A stretch of DNA of 64,000 nt from a bacterium. GTDB taxonomy: Archaea; Thermoplasmatota; E2; JACPAO01; JAHFTW01. The stretch covers positions 378,930 to 442,929 of the forward strand of contig JAZJZE010000009.1 of NCBI GenBank assembly GCA_040390065.1, in the 5' to 3' direction. The position numbers and the translations under genes were made by a program. Below, piece by piece: positions 44,667 through 57,489 of the stretch; positions within the stretch are counted from its first letter, which is position 1, and each line of letters opens with the position of its first letter. The notes below the pieces were generated by a model. The model made no database searches and had not been told where the DNA came from. It saw nothing but the letters and a program-made list of their open reading frames with translations.

Positions 44667-45734
44667 GTGCGCTGGTCGGCCGGTGTGTCCCTGCGCATCG
44701 TCGTGGCCCTCGCCCTGACCCTATCCGCCCTTGCCGGCTGTTCGAGTGGCCCTTCCGCCCCGACGGACGCCCCCAACGACGGCCAGATAGTCGTCACGAA
44801 GCCGGGCGACTATTCCGCCGACCTCAACGCAACGAATGCGAACCTGCCCCACCTTCATGACTACTGGGGCGGCGCCGCGCGGCTCGTGGTGATGGACGGC
44901 TGGCCGACGAATCCCGGCCCCGGCCTTGCCAGCGGCAGGGACGTGCCGATCTACGACTACCGCGCTGACTCCGGGCACGTAATCCCTCAAGGCGCATCCC
45001 AGGTCGAAGTCACCATGACCTGGAGCGCGGCGCAGGACGACCTCTACGAAGACGCGCAACTCTGGTACAAGTCGGCGGCGGATAACCAGCCGGCGCTGGC
45101 GGCGCACATCGCAAGCGGCCAGAAAGTCATCCTGAACACCACGAACGAACGCGACGACCTGCCGCACCAGTTGCTGTCGGCGTGGCTGTTCCAGTTCCGC
45201 GCCTCCGAACGCTCGGACCTGAGCGCGCTGCGCTTCAAGGCCAACGTCACGGTCCACGTCGAGGCGGTGCGCGGCCTGCCTATCCCGCTGTACCCGGGCC
45301 ACCCGGACCGTTGGGGCGGCAACGAGACGGTGAGCCTGGTCGACGTCGACCGCAGCCTCGCCTACCTGCAGGACGTGGGCGACGCGGGCTGCGATGGCCT
45401 GTCGTGCCCGCAAGTCGAGGTGCCGCGCGACGGCACGATCGTGCCGCCAGACACGTTGTACGTCGAGGCCACGCTGACCGTCACGTACGGAAGCCCACAG
45501 ACCGTTGGGCTGAGCTACCACGGTGCCGAGGGCCGCGCGTTCCAGCACCTGCAACCGGGGACCGTGACTGGCAACACGCGCACGTACCGCATCGACGTCG
45601 GCGCCTACGGCGACGGGCCGTACGCCAAGCAGAGCCAGTGGGAGTTCCGGCCGTTCGTCGACGGCGTCGCGCCGGACACCGCAGTGGTCGAGGATTTCCA
45701 CCTCACGATCGTGGCGCACCACCACTTGGCCTAA
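44667..45734 (+). CDS. Lipoprotein, unknown function
   Basis: LAGC lipobox; PHLHDYWGG motif. Confidence 0.7.
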   Translation: MRWSAGVSLRIVVALALTLSALAGCSSGPSAPTDAPNDGQIVVTKPGDYSADLNATNANLPHLHDYWGGAARLVVMDGWPTNPGPGLASGRDVPIYDYRADSGHVIPQGASQVEVTMTWSAAQDDLYEDAQLWYKSAADNQPALAAHIASGQKVILNTTNERDDLPHQLLSAWLFQFRASERSDLSALRFKANVTVHVEAVRGLPIPLYPGHPDRWGGNETVSLVDVDRSLAYLQDVGDAGCDGLSCPQVEVPRDGTIVPPDTLYVEATLTVTYGSPQTVGLSYHGAEGRAFQHLQPGTVTGNTRTYRIDVGAYGDGPYAKQSQWEFRPFVDGVAPDTAVVEDFHLTIVAHHHLA

Positions 45735-45742
45735 GCCCGGCC

Positions 45743-48604
<2,862 letters not shown>

Positions 48605-48738
48605 GGTTGCGCCCAAGCCTGCGTTTCGTAAAAGGCCGATGGCGTTGGCAGGGCCCGCTCCAGGAGGGGGCCGACCTTCTCTCTTTGAGGTTTTGGCGAA
48701 AGAGTATTTATGCGCGGGCTGCACAGGGCGGGACAATC

Positions 48739-49767
48739 ATGTCGTTTTCGCGTCTTGCGGCCACGGGAGTCATCGCGGCCATGGCCTGCGCTGCGGTGCT
48801 GGCTCCGGTGGCCGACGCCGGCTCGCGGCCGGTGTACCTGTTCCTGCGTGACATGAGTTTCCCCTCGAACCCGAACCTGCCCAGGTGCTCGCCGGCCCCG
48901 ACCGGTGCCGCCGTGGGCGACGGGGAATTGACGACCACCGCGCCATGCCCCCTCGACCTCGTGGGGCCGCAGAACAACAGTTCACCGCAGAGTCGCGTCG
49001 TCTTCCCCGCGGTCGAGACGGCCCACCCGACGCAGTTCGTCATGCTCAACCAGAGCCTGAACACGGGCCAGATCTTCGGCCCCGTCCTCGTCCTCCTGTA
49101 CGTGCCTGAGTCGCCCACCGTGCAGAGTGGGAACCTGACCGTGCAACTCGTGGCCTTGCCCAAGACGTACACAGTCAGCGACGTGGGACCGACCGGGGAC
49201 GTGCTGGCTGGCGCCACCATCGACCTTGCGTACCACAACACGACGCTGCCCAACCCGACCAGTCTCATCCCGCCGGATCCGACGAACGTCACGCAGGCCG
49301 AAGCCTACATCGCCGGCCAGCTCTTGGTCTACGGCCTGTCGCAAGTCGGCAAGTCGCAGTACATCCTCGTGCTCGACGACGAAGTGAAGGACCACTACGT
49401 GCAGAAGACCATTGACAAGGACGCCAAGCTGGCCCTGCGCTTCAGCCTCGTACCGAGCCCGCACCCGGCCCCGTTGCCGCTTGGCTTGCCGGTGGCGCAA
49501 GGCGCCGGTCAACCGATCCTCTACAACTTCGCGCTCATGCCGGCCCTCGTGTATGTCCCGTTCTACTCGGCCGACGCGCCGCTGCCGCAGCCGACGCCGC
49601 AGCCCAATCCGCCGCCGCCTCCCCCGCCAGGCCTGCCTCCCTGCCCGGAGTGCCAGCCTCCCGGAAGCTCGACGACGGGCGGCAGCCAGAAGTCAGGCGC
49701 TCCCGAAGCCGTCTTCGTCATGACGGTCCTCGCGGTCGCCGCCCTGAGCCTGCGCCGGCGGACCTGA
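48739..49767 (+). CDS. Secreted surface protein with C-terminal sorting/TM anchor
   Basis: Signal peptide; Pro-rich stalk; KSGAPEAVFVMTVLAVAALSLRRRT. Confidence 0.7.
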   Translation: MSFSRLAATGVIAAMACAAVLAPVADAGSRPVYLFLRDMSFPSNPNLPRCSPAPTGAAVGDGELTTTAPCPLDLVGPQNNSSPQSRVVFPAVETAHPTQFVMLNQSLNTGQIFGPVLVLLYVPESPTVQSGNLTVQLVALPKTYTVSDVGPTGDVLAGATIDLAYHNTTLPNPTSLIPPDPTNVTQAEAYIAGQLLVYGLSQVGKSQYILVLDDEVKDHYVQKTIDKDAKLALRFSLVPSPHPAPLPLGLPVAQGAGQPILYNFALMPALVYVPFYSADAPLPQPTPQPNPPPPPPPGLPPCPECQPPGSSTTGGSQKSGAPEAVFVMTVLAVAALSLRRRT

Positions 49768-49860
49768 CGCCCGCACGCCGGTAAAAGGGGTCCATGGCGG
49801 GACACGTCCCGAAGACAGGGGCCACGCACGTGCATGCCGGCTGCTTGTCAAAGGCCAGCG

Positions 49861-50193
49861 ACGGATTCGTCAAACCTCCGACGCCGACGCCTTCCACGAG
49901 GGAATCCAAGTTGGGGACTCGGAGGGCCCCGGTCAGGGCGGGCACGCCGTCGGCGCAGCCGCGGCGAAGCGAGGGCATGGCAAGCGCGCGAGGCGACGCC
50001 GTGCGCGAGGGTCGCCGGGGGGCCTGAAAGACCAGAAAGCCCGAGAGAAAAGCGGAAAGGGAACTTTCCAAGATTCGGCGACTTTTCTTTCTTTCAGGCA
50101 AAGGCGGCCGGGGAGAACAGGAGACGAACGGAGAACAGGAACCAAGTCCCCTTCTCTTACCTTGATTCCTGTTCTCACAGGCCTCCCACACCC
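49861..50193 (+). repeat. About 165-bp dispersed repeat copy 2 followed by hairpins and GGCCTCCCACACCC motif
   Basis: 49861-50026 matches 39453-39615 inverted; GCCTGAAAG/CTTTCAGGC and GAGAACAGGA/TCCTGTTCTC inverted repeats. Confidence 0.75.
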
Positions 50194-50270
50194 AGTCGGC
50201 GCAGCCAACCACACGGGCTGCGTGTCGGCCTTGCTTCGCGCGACCGATGCCGGGGACAAGCCGCCCAAGA

Positions 50271-50876
50271 TTACAGGACGCGCTCTTCGATGTCCGGCAG
50301 GCCCACGTCCAGCTTGACGCGGTGCTCCGCCTCCGCCACGACCGCGGCGTCGCTCATGGTCGCCGGATGCTTTGGCCCGAGAAGGTCGCAGAGTTCGGGG
50401 CCAACGCTCGTGTCGTGCGAACCCCATTCCTTGGCCAAGCGGATGATGTCCGTCTTGTCGAGGCCGAGGACCGGACGCAGAATCGGACGACGGGCGGCGC
50501 CTTCCAGAGTGACGAGGTTCGACATCGTCTGGCTCGAGACTTGCCCGAGGTTTTCGCCCGTCGCGATGGCGCCGGCGCCGACCTTGTCTGCGAGTTGGTC
50601 CGCGAGGCGGTACAGCAGGCGTTTCTGCAGCAGGAAATAGTAGCGGTGGGCTTCCTTGTCGTGTGGCACTCGGCCGAGGCTCTCGCCGATTTTCGCGACC
50701 CAAAGGCGCTTGAGGCCTAGTTGGCGCGCGAGGACTTCGGCCTTGCGAACGGATGCATCGTCCGTCACGGGCTCGAAAGAGCCGTGCAGCGCCTCGAGCT
50801 CGACGCCCTGGTCCACGAGCATCCGGCCCGCGACGGGGGAATCGAAGCCTCCGGATAGGAGGAGGACTGCCTTCAC
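50271..50876 (-). CDS. ThiI-family PP-loop domain protein lacking THUMP domain
   Basis: LLSGGFDSPVAG, TGENLGQVSSQTMSNL, RPVLGLDK; about 201 aa only. Confidence 0.82.
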   Translation of the reverse strand: MKAVLLLSGGFDSPVAGRMLVDQGVELEALHGSFEPVTDDASVRKAEVLARQLGLKRLWVAKIGESLGRVPHDKEAHRYYFLLQKRLLYRLADQLADKVGAGAIATGENLGQVSSQTMSNLVTLEGAARRPILRPVLGLDKTDIIRLAKEWGSHDTSVGPELCDLLGPKHPATMSDAAVVAEAEHRVKLDVGLPDIEERVL

Positions 50877-50925
50877 GGTTGCTCCGACGCGATATCCGTT
50901 AAAAGGGGGTTGCCGTGGGCCAGAT

Positions 50926-51195
50926 GTGGCCCTCCTGCGCCCGTGTGCGACCTCTGCCGGTTTCACGGCGACGCCGGAGTCGCGGCGCAAGGTCGACATG
51001 GCTGGCCTGAAGCAGCGCCTCGTGGCCGGTGGCTACGCCGTCGTGGTGGACGCCAAGATCATCCTGATCGTCCGCAAAGGTGTGGAATCGTCCTGCTACG
51101 ACGACGGCAAGGTGCTTCTGAAGACGACGGACCGCGCCGCGGCGGAGAAGGCGTACGCGGAGCTGGAGCCGCACTTGGCGGCGACGTGGACCTGA
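50926..51195 (+). CDS. Small conserved-looking hypothetical protein
   Basis: MALLRPCATSAGFTATP...YDDGKVLLKT; divergent from ThiI-like gene, shared TTAAAA box. Confidence 0.6.
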   Translation: MALLRPCATSAGFTATPESRRKVDMAGLKQRLVAGGYAVVVDAKIILIVRKGVESSCYDDGKVLLKTTDRAAAEKAYAELEPHLAATWT

Positions 51196-51366
51196 CGCAG
51201 TAGCGATTTCCCGAAAATCGTTATTGGCAGGAGGGGGACGGCCCGGCGGATTCATGTAGTTGCGCGGTGAGTCCCCGCCCGGTTCCGCCTCCTGTTGGCG
51301 GAGTCGACACCAACCAATGTCCGACGCCACCTAAGTAGGACGCCGCATTGGACCCTCCGGGCCGCC

Positions 51367-51894
51367 ATGAACGCAAGCCGACTCGCCGCAACCGCCACCA
51401 TGTTCCTTTTCGTCCTGCCGGGCGCAGTCGCGGACGGTCCGGAGACGATTCAGGACACCATCGTCGGCATCGTCAGCACCGCCGTCAACGCGCTGAACCA
51501 GACGGCGTGCACGCCGCCAGCCTCACCGCCGGGCGACGTCTGCGGCCTGACGGGCGACGCCGCAGCGACGTGGAACTGCCTCGTGGGGGTCGTGACTCAA
51601 TGGCGTGCGCGGCTGCCCGACCCACCGAGCGACCCCGCCGGCGACGTTCAAACCTGCATCCCACTGAGCGGCGTGCTCTGTATCCAATTCCGGGCGGGAG
51701 GGCCGCCGGTCCCGGGGCCTACGGGGGCCTACCCGTTTGGCGTGACGAGCGGTGGGGCCAAAGAGGGTTATCCGTTCCTGATTCACTTGCCTACACGCGG
51801 GCCGCGTGACCAAGACCCAATCATTGCGGGCATCCCCAGCGTGGGGGAATACGTCATCAGCACGACCCAAGATCTCGGGGGGACCAGATGCTAG
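51367..51894 (+). CDS. Secreted Cys-containing hypothetical protein
   Basis: MNASRLAATATMFLFVLPGAVA signal; 6 Cys. Confidence 0.6.
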   Translation: MNASRLAATATMFLFVLPGAVADGPETIQDTIVGIVSTAVNALNQTACTPPASPPGDVCGLTGDAAATWNCLVGVVTQWRARLPDPPSDPAGDVQTCIPLSGVLCIQFRAGGPPVPGPTGAYPFGVTSGGAKEGYPFLIHLPTRGPRDQDPIIAGIPSVGEYVISTTQDLGGTRC

Positions 51895-52778
51895 CGCAAG
51901 AGTCCCGGTTCCGCCTCCCCACCGTCCTGTTAATGGCCGTTTGTCTCTCGGCTTGTGTTGGACCGTCCGGGCGGCCGTCCGACGAGCACGTGGGCGACAA
52001 TGGCCCAATCGTGGAAGGCACGCAACCGGCCGACAGTCCGCCCGCGCCGCCGACGGAATTCAAACCGATGGATCTTCAGTTTACGACGTGGAACGCCTGC
52101 AAGATGCTCGTAACCTCGGTCGGTTGGGAGGGTTACACGAGTCCGGCCCATCCGATTGCCAGTTGGGGCGGGACTGACGGGACTGGAAGCGAGCTGGGAA
52201 TAAACTTCTTCGAGTGCCAACGCATGAGCTGGGGTCCCCTCGAAAGGCCCGTCCGTTTTATTCTGGAGGGTCATACCAACCAGACCATTCCGCAAGGATG
52301 CCGCCTGGGTGACTGGTTTTGGTTTGCAAGCCTCAACGCCATCTATGTCGACGACCCGCAGGTCGTGGCATTCATGCAGACGAACCTGAGCATGCCCGCC
52401 CATTACGCCGCTATCTCGGCGTCGTACGGCGACACGGTCCACCTGCTTTGGCAGCCCGACGGCGGCGAACAATCAGAGGTCAGCATCAGCCGGTTGCAAG
52501 TGCAGAACACGACACAGGACGTGAAGCACCGTTTTGCCTGGGCCAAGGACGGCCGCGTCACGCTCCTCGACTGGCACGAATCTAGCGCCCTCGCCTGGCC
52601 CCTGCACACGCCTGCAACCGGCCACATGCGTCCCCCCATGTTGAACGCCAAACTCGGCGACCCCTACATTGGAAACCGCGGCGGCTTCGACGGCTTCACC
52701 GACGACACCGAAGTCGAAGGCCACATGTACCGCTTCAACGACGACCAATGCAAGGAACCGCTTGACCCTTATCCCTAG
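51888..52778 (+). CDS. Lipoprotein, unknown function
   Basis: LSAC lipobox; overlaps upstream stop; visibly more AT-rich codons. Confidence 0.65.
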   Translation: MLAQESRFRLPTVLLMAVCLSACVGPSGRPSDEHVGDNGPIVEGTQPADSPPAPPTEFKPMDLQFTTWNACKMLVTSVGWEGYTSPAHPIASWGGTDGTGSELGINFFECQRMSWGPLERPVRFILEGHTNQTIPQGCRLGDWFWFASLNAIYVDDPQVVAFMQTNLSMPAHYAAISASYGDTVHLLWQPDGGEQSEVSISRLQVQNTTQDVKHRFAWAKDGRVTLLDWHESSALAWPLHTPATGHMRPPMLNAKLGDPYIGNRGGFDGFTDDTEVEGHMYRFNDDQCKEPLDPYP

Positions 52779-52840
52779 GCAGGAGTCCGCGGGACATTCT
52801 TGGCGCTCTGTTCTAATGGGCGGTCGGCGAAGGGTTTGGC

Positions 52841-53128
52841 ATGGCAATCCCTTGGGGCCTGGTGACGTTCCTCATCGGCCTACTCTATGGACTGTTGAAG
52901 CCTGGATGGCAGAACAAAGGTGCGATGTTCCGCGAAGGCCTGTTCATCGGCATCGTGGTCGCCGTCGTCGTGGCGCTCATCGGCGCCGCCACGGGTTACC
53001 CGGCGCTTGGCCTCGTCGACGCCGTAGGCATCATCATCACGGCACTGATCTTGTCGCTTCTGTTCATCGTGGGCGTGTGGCTCGGCGACCTGCTGACCAG
53101 CGGACGGCACCAGACGCGCTATAACTAG
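52841..53128 (+). CDS. Small three-TM membrane protein
   Basis: IGLLYGLLKPGWQNK...FIVGVWLGDLL. Confidence 0.7.
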   Translation: MAIPWGLVTFLIGLLYGLLKPGWQNKGAMFREGLFIGIVVAVVVALIGAATGYPALGLVDAVGIIITALILSLLFIVGVWLGDLLTSGRHQTRYN

Positions 53129-53132
53129 GCCT

Positions 53133-54866
53133 TCAGGCGTGCAACCAGACGCCGCGCTCGGCCGACTCGATGCGCACGAAGCCGAAGCGTTCGAACTGAA
53201 CGACCTTGCCGACGTGCGCCGTCGCCGCGGGCTCGACCATGCCGGAGATTTCCTGCAGCGCCGGGATGGCGTCGTCGGGGGCATCCTCGGCGAGGATCTC
53301 GGGCTTGAGAACGATGAACGGCGCGGCTTGGTCGACCGGTAGCCACTGCACGATGGCAACGCTGCGGTCCATCTCTTCCCCATCGTACACTGCCGTGTCG
53401 TTCGGCTCGGTCTTGATGTTGCCCAAGTCCTTGAGGCGCAGCCGGGGAGCCAAGTCGCGCATGGAGACGTAGACGCCGCGCGATGCCCGCAGTTCGCGTG
53501 ACCCGCGCTCGGGGTGGCTCGGATGGACGAGGGGCTTTGCGACGCGGGCCGGCAGCCCCTCGACGTGCAATTCCTGGGGATCTGGCACGAAGAAGTAGCG
53601 CGACGCAGCGGGGTCGATGACCTTTGCATCCTCGGCGTCGAGGTTCGAAAGCGACACAGCGATGTCCTTCTCGGTCAGGCCAAGCGACACCCAGAAGGCC
53701 TTGATGGCGCCGGGGTCGTAGCCGCGGCGGCGGAGTGCTGCGAGGCAGGGAAGCCGCGGGTCGTCCCAACCCATGAACTTGCCCGCCTCGATGCTGCGGC
53801 GCATGCCGGACGTGGAGAACTTGCCGAACTCGTGCACAGACACGCGACCCCAGTACAGCGTCTCCGGGTAAGTCCAGCCCATGTGGTCGTAGAGGAACTT
53901 CTGCTTGCGCGTCGAATCCATGAGGTCCTTGCCGCGGATGACGTGCGTCACACCTTGAAGGTGGTCCTCGATGGCGGACTCGAAGTCGAGAAGCGGCCAC
54001 GCATGGTGGCGCGGAATCTGGCCCGCCTTCTCGCGCGGGTGGACGGCGTCGTCGGCGATGACACGGAACGCCGTCCAGTCGCGCAGCGCCGGGTCCTTGT
54101 GCGCGATGTCGGTCTTGACGCGCAGCACGGCGCCGCCTTTCTTCGTTTCACCCGCGACCATCGCGCGGAAACCCTCAAGGCTCGCGGCGGGCGCAGCGTC
54201 GCGGTGGACGCAGGCTTCACGCCGTTCCTTCTTGGCGCGCCACTCCTCGGCCTCGCAGTCGCAGACGTATGCCCCACCGACCTTGATGAGGTCCACGGCA
54301 GCAGCCTGGTAGATGCCGATGCGGTCGCTCGCCGTGACTTCGCGGCTCGGCTTGCGCCCGACGAGCCAGAGGAAGTCCTCGCGGATCATGTCGTAGCCGT
54401 TCCAGCCGCGGCGCTCATCCCACAACGGCGGCTTCACTTGCGGGTCCGTGTCGTCGAAGCGGAGAATCAATTCTGCGTCGTACATGCGCTGGTACTCCGC
54501 GAGAATGGACACACCGCGCGAATGCCCCAACGACAGCGGGCCATTCGGGTTTGGCGCGAATCGCATCACGACCCTGCCCTTGACGTTGGGCAATTCCTTC
54601 AGGCCCTTTCGTTGCTCTTTCTTCTGCACGTTGACGAGTTCCGGGGCCTCGGCCGAGAGCGCTGCGACTTGCTCGTCCAGGCTCATCGCATTCACGGCTG
54701 CTCCGGCGGCGTCCAGGGCGGCGGCCACGGCGCGCGGGTCAGTACGGAATTCCGGGTGGCCCCCCATGACGCGGCCGACGAGGCCCTTTGGCTCGCACTT
54801 GCCCGCATGCTGGACGGCGTTCTGCAGGCAGAAGCGACGTGCGACGACCTCCAGCGGCAGGCTCAC
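53133..54866 (-). CDS. gltX: Glutamate--tRNA ligase (archaeal type)
   Basis: LQNAVQHAGK N-terminal domain, RFAPNPNGPLSLGH, RFDDTDP, THVIRGKD, GWDDPRL, QFERFGF. Confidence 0.95.
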   Translation of the reverse strand: MSLPLEVVARRFCLQNAVQHAGKCEPKGLVGRVMGGHPEFRTDPRAVAAALDAAGAAVNAMSLDEQVAALSAEAPELVNVQKKEQRKGLKELPNVKGRVVMRFAPNPNGPLSLGHSRGVSILAEYQRMYDAELILRFDDTDPQVKPPLWDERRGWNGYDMIREDFLWLVGRKPSREVTASDRIGIYQAAAVDLIKVGGAYVCDCEAEEWRAKKERREACVHRDAAPAASLEGFRAMVAGETKKGGAVLRVKTDIAHKDPALRDWTAFRVIADDAVHPREKAGQIPRHHAWPLLDFESAIEDHLQGVTHVIRGKDLMDSTRKQKFLYDHMGWTYPETLYWGRVSVHEFGKFSTSGMRRSIEAGKFMGWDDPRLPCLAALRRRGYDPGAIKAFWVSLGLTEKDIAVSLSNLDAEDAKVIDPAASRYFFVPDPQELHVEGLPARVAKPLVHPSHPERGSRELRASRGVYVSMRDLAPRLRLKDLGNIKTEPNDTAVYDGEEMDRSVAIVQWLPVDQAAPFIVLKPEILAEDAPDDAIPALQEISGMVEPAATAHVGKVVQFERFGFVRIESAERGVWLHA

Positions 54867-54929
54867 GCGTGCGGCGACTTCGCGATGCGATTTAAGCCGG
54901 AGGGCAAGCCTGAACGGAGGCCAACCCAC

Positions 54930-54980
54930 GGTGTGGGAGGCCTCGGATTCCAGGGATTTTGGCGATTCCGGGGAATTGCA
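54930..54980 (+). repeat. Family-3 left arm (inverted repeat of 57405-57454)
   Basis: GGTGTGGGAGGCCTCGGATTCCAGGGATTTTGGCGATTCCGGGGAATTGCA, 45/51 to reverse complement of right arm. Confidence 0.85.
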
Positions 54981-55078
54981 TCCGCGGCCGGTGGGGCACG
55001 AAACCACGGCCTTCTGGAAAATGGGGGGAAGGAGGGGGTGCGGCGCCCGTGCCTTGGGCCAGGTTCGCGTCAAGCCCT

Positions 55079-56347
55079 CTAGCTTTGGTAGTACTCGCCG
55101 TCGGCCTCCACTGTAGGTGCGTCGGTACCCCATGCCCAAAGCTGAGCCCGAGTATAGTGCCCGGCAGGAGGCGGCTGGAGGTAGAAGTCTACGGCAAAGG
55201 CGTTGGCCGCTTGCAGGGTATCCCCCTGAGAATAGACTTGCTTGCTCCACACGCGTGAATTCCCCGCGTCAAAGCCCATCATCATCGTCAGCCCTGTCAC
55301 TGGCGCGCTTCCGACATTCGTAACCTCTGCGTGGAAGTGCCAAGCGCCGTTCTGATAGTCGGGCGCGTCAAAGTGGAGGTTCGACAGCACGGCCTTCGGC
55401 GTCAGCGGCAGTACGTTTGCCGAGTAGCCCTTCGTCATCTTCGGCATTTGCCCAATGCCATAGTATTGGTAGGCGCCGTGCGTCGTCTCCGCGTAGTAGT
55501 AGCGGCCCCCGTGGTAGTCATAGTAAGAACCTTGGGTGGAAGGGTCGGCCAGGACGCCGACCGCCATGTGTGGACTGCCGGGCGAGTTGCTGGAATCTGG
55601 GTCAGGGTTCGTGTGTGGGAATTGCAGCAGAACCGCCCCGTATCCGAGTCCTGCCATGAGACTGGCAAACAGAATCGAGGTGTCCTCACAATCGCCTGTT
55701 TCGTCGTACACGGTTTCGACTGGGAACCGCGGATACTCGTCGTACCCGGAACTCGCGAGGTCCGTGGTGTACGGGATGGCCTGAACGAAATGCAGCGTGA
55801 ACTCAGCCATTTGCCAGGGGGCGTACCCCTCGGATGCCCCAGCGCTCTCGAGGAGACAAACCAGTGCTGAAATGAATGGGGCCTCGTAGGGGTCCGTGGC
55901 GAAAACCGCAAAGTTGTAGGCGTTGTACGTGCGATCCCGCTGTTGGAACACAGCCTTTACCTCAGTCGGAATCAACGGGTCCCAAGTCCAATCCTTTCCA
56001 CCGTAGGTCCAGGCGAAGTGAAGCTGCTTGTACGCGGACGGGTCCGGCGGCGGGGAGGCCGATTGGTCTGATGAGGAATCGGTGGGCGTCGTGCACGAAT
56101 AGTATCGCGACGAGTCCTGCGTTGACGCCGAGGGGCCATGGCCTTCGGGCGAGTTCGTGGCGGGGGCCGACGTAGGAGACGTGGTTGGCGCCGCCTGGCT
56201 GTACGTAGGTCCGCTTACCGGAGGATTGACGGGCGGAGGGGCAACGTAGGGGGGCGGAACCTCGTGCAGGTTAGAAGGGCCGTCGCTGACGCACCCCGAT
56301 AGGCTCGTGGAAAGCACGCCGAGAATCAGGAAGAGCGCGCCTTTCAT
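55079..56347 (-). CDS. Transglutaminase-like/Cys-protease-fold lipoprotein
   Basis: LSGC lipobox; FVQAIPY, YPRFPVET, GDCEDTSIL, HMAVGV, YAETT. Confidence 0.75.
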   Translation of the reverse strand: MKGALFLILGVLSTSLSGCVSDGPSNLHEVPPPYVAPPPVNPPVSGPTYSQAAPTTSPTSAPATNSPEGHGPSASTQDSSRYYSCTTPTDSSSDQSASPPPDPSAYKQLHFAWTYGGKDWTWDPLIPTEVKAVFQQRDRTYNAYNFAVFATDPYEAPFISALVCLLESAGASEGYAPWQMAEFTLHFVQAIPYTTDLASSGYDEYPRFPVETVYDETGDCEDTSILFASLMAGLGYGAVLLQFPHTNPDPDSSNSPGSPHMAVGVLADPSTQGSYYDYHGGRYYYAETTHGAYQYYGIGQMPKMTKGYSANVLPLTPKAVLSNLHFDAPDYQNGAWHFHAEVTNVGSAPVTGLTMMMGFDAGNSRVWSKQVYSQGDTLQAANAFAVDFYLQPPPAGHYTRAQLWAWGTDAPTVEADGEYYQS

Positions 56348-56360
56348 AGGGAAAAAACCA

Positions 56361-57260
56361 TCACCGCACCCATGAACTGGACGTGACGGACGCCGACCCA
56401 CCATCGTGTTCCGCCAGGAAGACCGAATAGCTGCCGACAGGGAGCGAGACGCTTCGGCGTCCTTGAACCTTGGAGGATTCGGCGAAAAAGCAGTTGACGG
56501 ACTGGTGGTTTCCGAAAGCCTGCGCGTCAGACGGGTACGCCAAGCACAGGTCGACCGGGTCGTGATTCCCCGACACGTACGCGAAGGTGTAGGTAGCCGC
56601 TTCTGTGAGCACGAAATCGTAATGGGCATACGTGCCGGTCTCGACTTGGTCGGTGCGACTTTGGTGTAGAACCCGCGCACCGGCCGGGGGAGTCAGGAGG
56701 CTGTAGTCCAACGGCGTGTTGTCAACAGGCGCAACGTTGGTGGCGAGTACAAAGACGACCACCGCTGCAACCACCACGATAGGGACAATCAGCACCAGGG
56801 TCTTCCCCAAGAGGCGCCCACGGTCGGCTTTAGAGTAGCCCGTAAGCCCCCCATTGGCCGCACCAATCTGTTTGAGCGCTTTTCGTCCTTCGGTCCACGC
56901 GGCGATGCCGAATCCGAGCCCAATCGTGCCGACAAAACGCAGGGGGTTGTTGCTCGTGGGCGCAAAGAAGGCGACAGCCACGGAGACAAGGAAGAGGGCC
57001 CAGCCAGTAATCCCGTACCCCTGGGCCTTGCCGGCCAAGACCAGCTCTTGCGGGGGCGCAGGAAGGGGCCGGAGCGGAGCCGCGGGAGGCGTCGGGACGG
57101 CTTGGCGCAGCGCGGCCGGTGCCTGCTGAGCCGCTGGGGCCCAAACCTCCTGAACCTGGACACGTCCCGTGTTCAGGCACATGGGGCATTGCAGCCCCCG
57201 AGGTGTTTGACGCGGCGTCGTCGGGTTGTGGCAGTAGGGGCATACCCGCTGCGCGTCCAT
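56361..57260 (-). CDS. Zinc-ribbon plus membrane domain protein with C-terminal beta domain
   Basis: CPYC...CPMC, Pro-rich linker, 3 hydrophobic segments. Confidence 0.6.
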   Translation of the reverse strand: MDAQRVCPYCHNPTTPRQTPRGLQCPMCLNTGRVQVQEVWAPAAQQAPAALRQAVPTPPAAPLRPLPAPPQELVLAGKAQGYGITGWALFLVSVAVAFFAPTSNNPLRFVGTIGLGFGIAAWTEGRKALKQIGAANGGLTGYSKADRGRLLGKTLVLIVPIVVVAAVVVFVLATNVAPVDNTPLDYSLLTPPAGARVLHQSRTDQVETGTYAHYDFVLTEAATYTFAYVSGNHDPVDLCLAYPSDAQAFGNHQSVNCFFAESSKVQGRRSVSLPVGSYSVFLAEHDGGSASVTSSSWVR

Positions 57261-57404
57261 GGCCGGCGACCTCATTCTGTCTATAAAGCACGGGCCGGCT
57301 CCGGAGAAATGGGCGGCACGCCTTAGGGTCCCCATCGTCGCCCTCCCACGGTCTGCCCTGCGCTCCTATCCCAAGAGCTTGTCCCAATCATTCCATTCGT
57401 CCAC

Positions 57405-57454
57405 TGCATTCCCCGAAATCCTCCAAATCCCTGGAATCCGGGGCCTCCCACACC
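57405..57454 (-). repeat. Family-3 right arm
   Basis: TGCATTCCCCGAAATCCTCCAAATCCCTGGAATCCGGGGCCTCCCACACC. Confidence 0.85.
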
Positions 57455-57489
57455 CGCCGTCGCGCTAAAATCCTCCAGCGCATCCCGAC

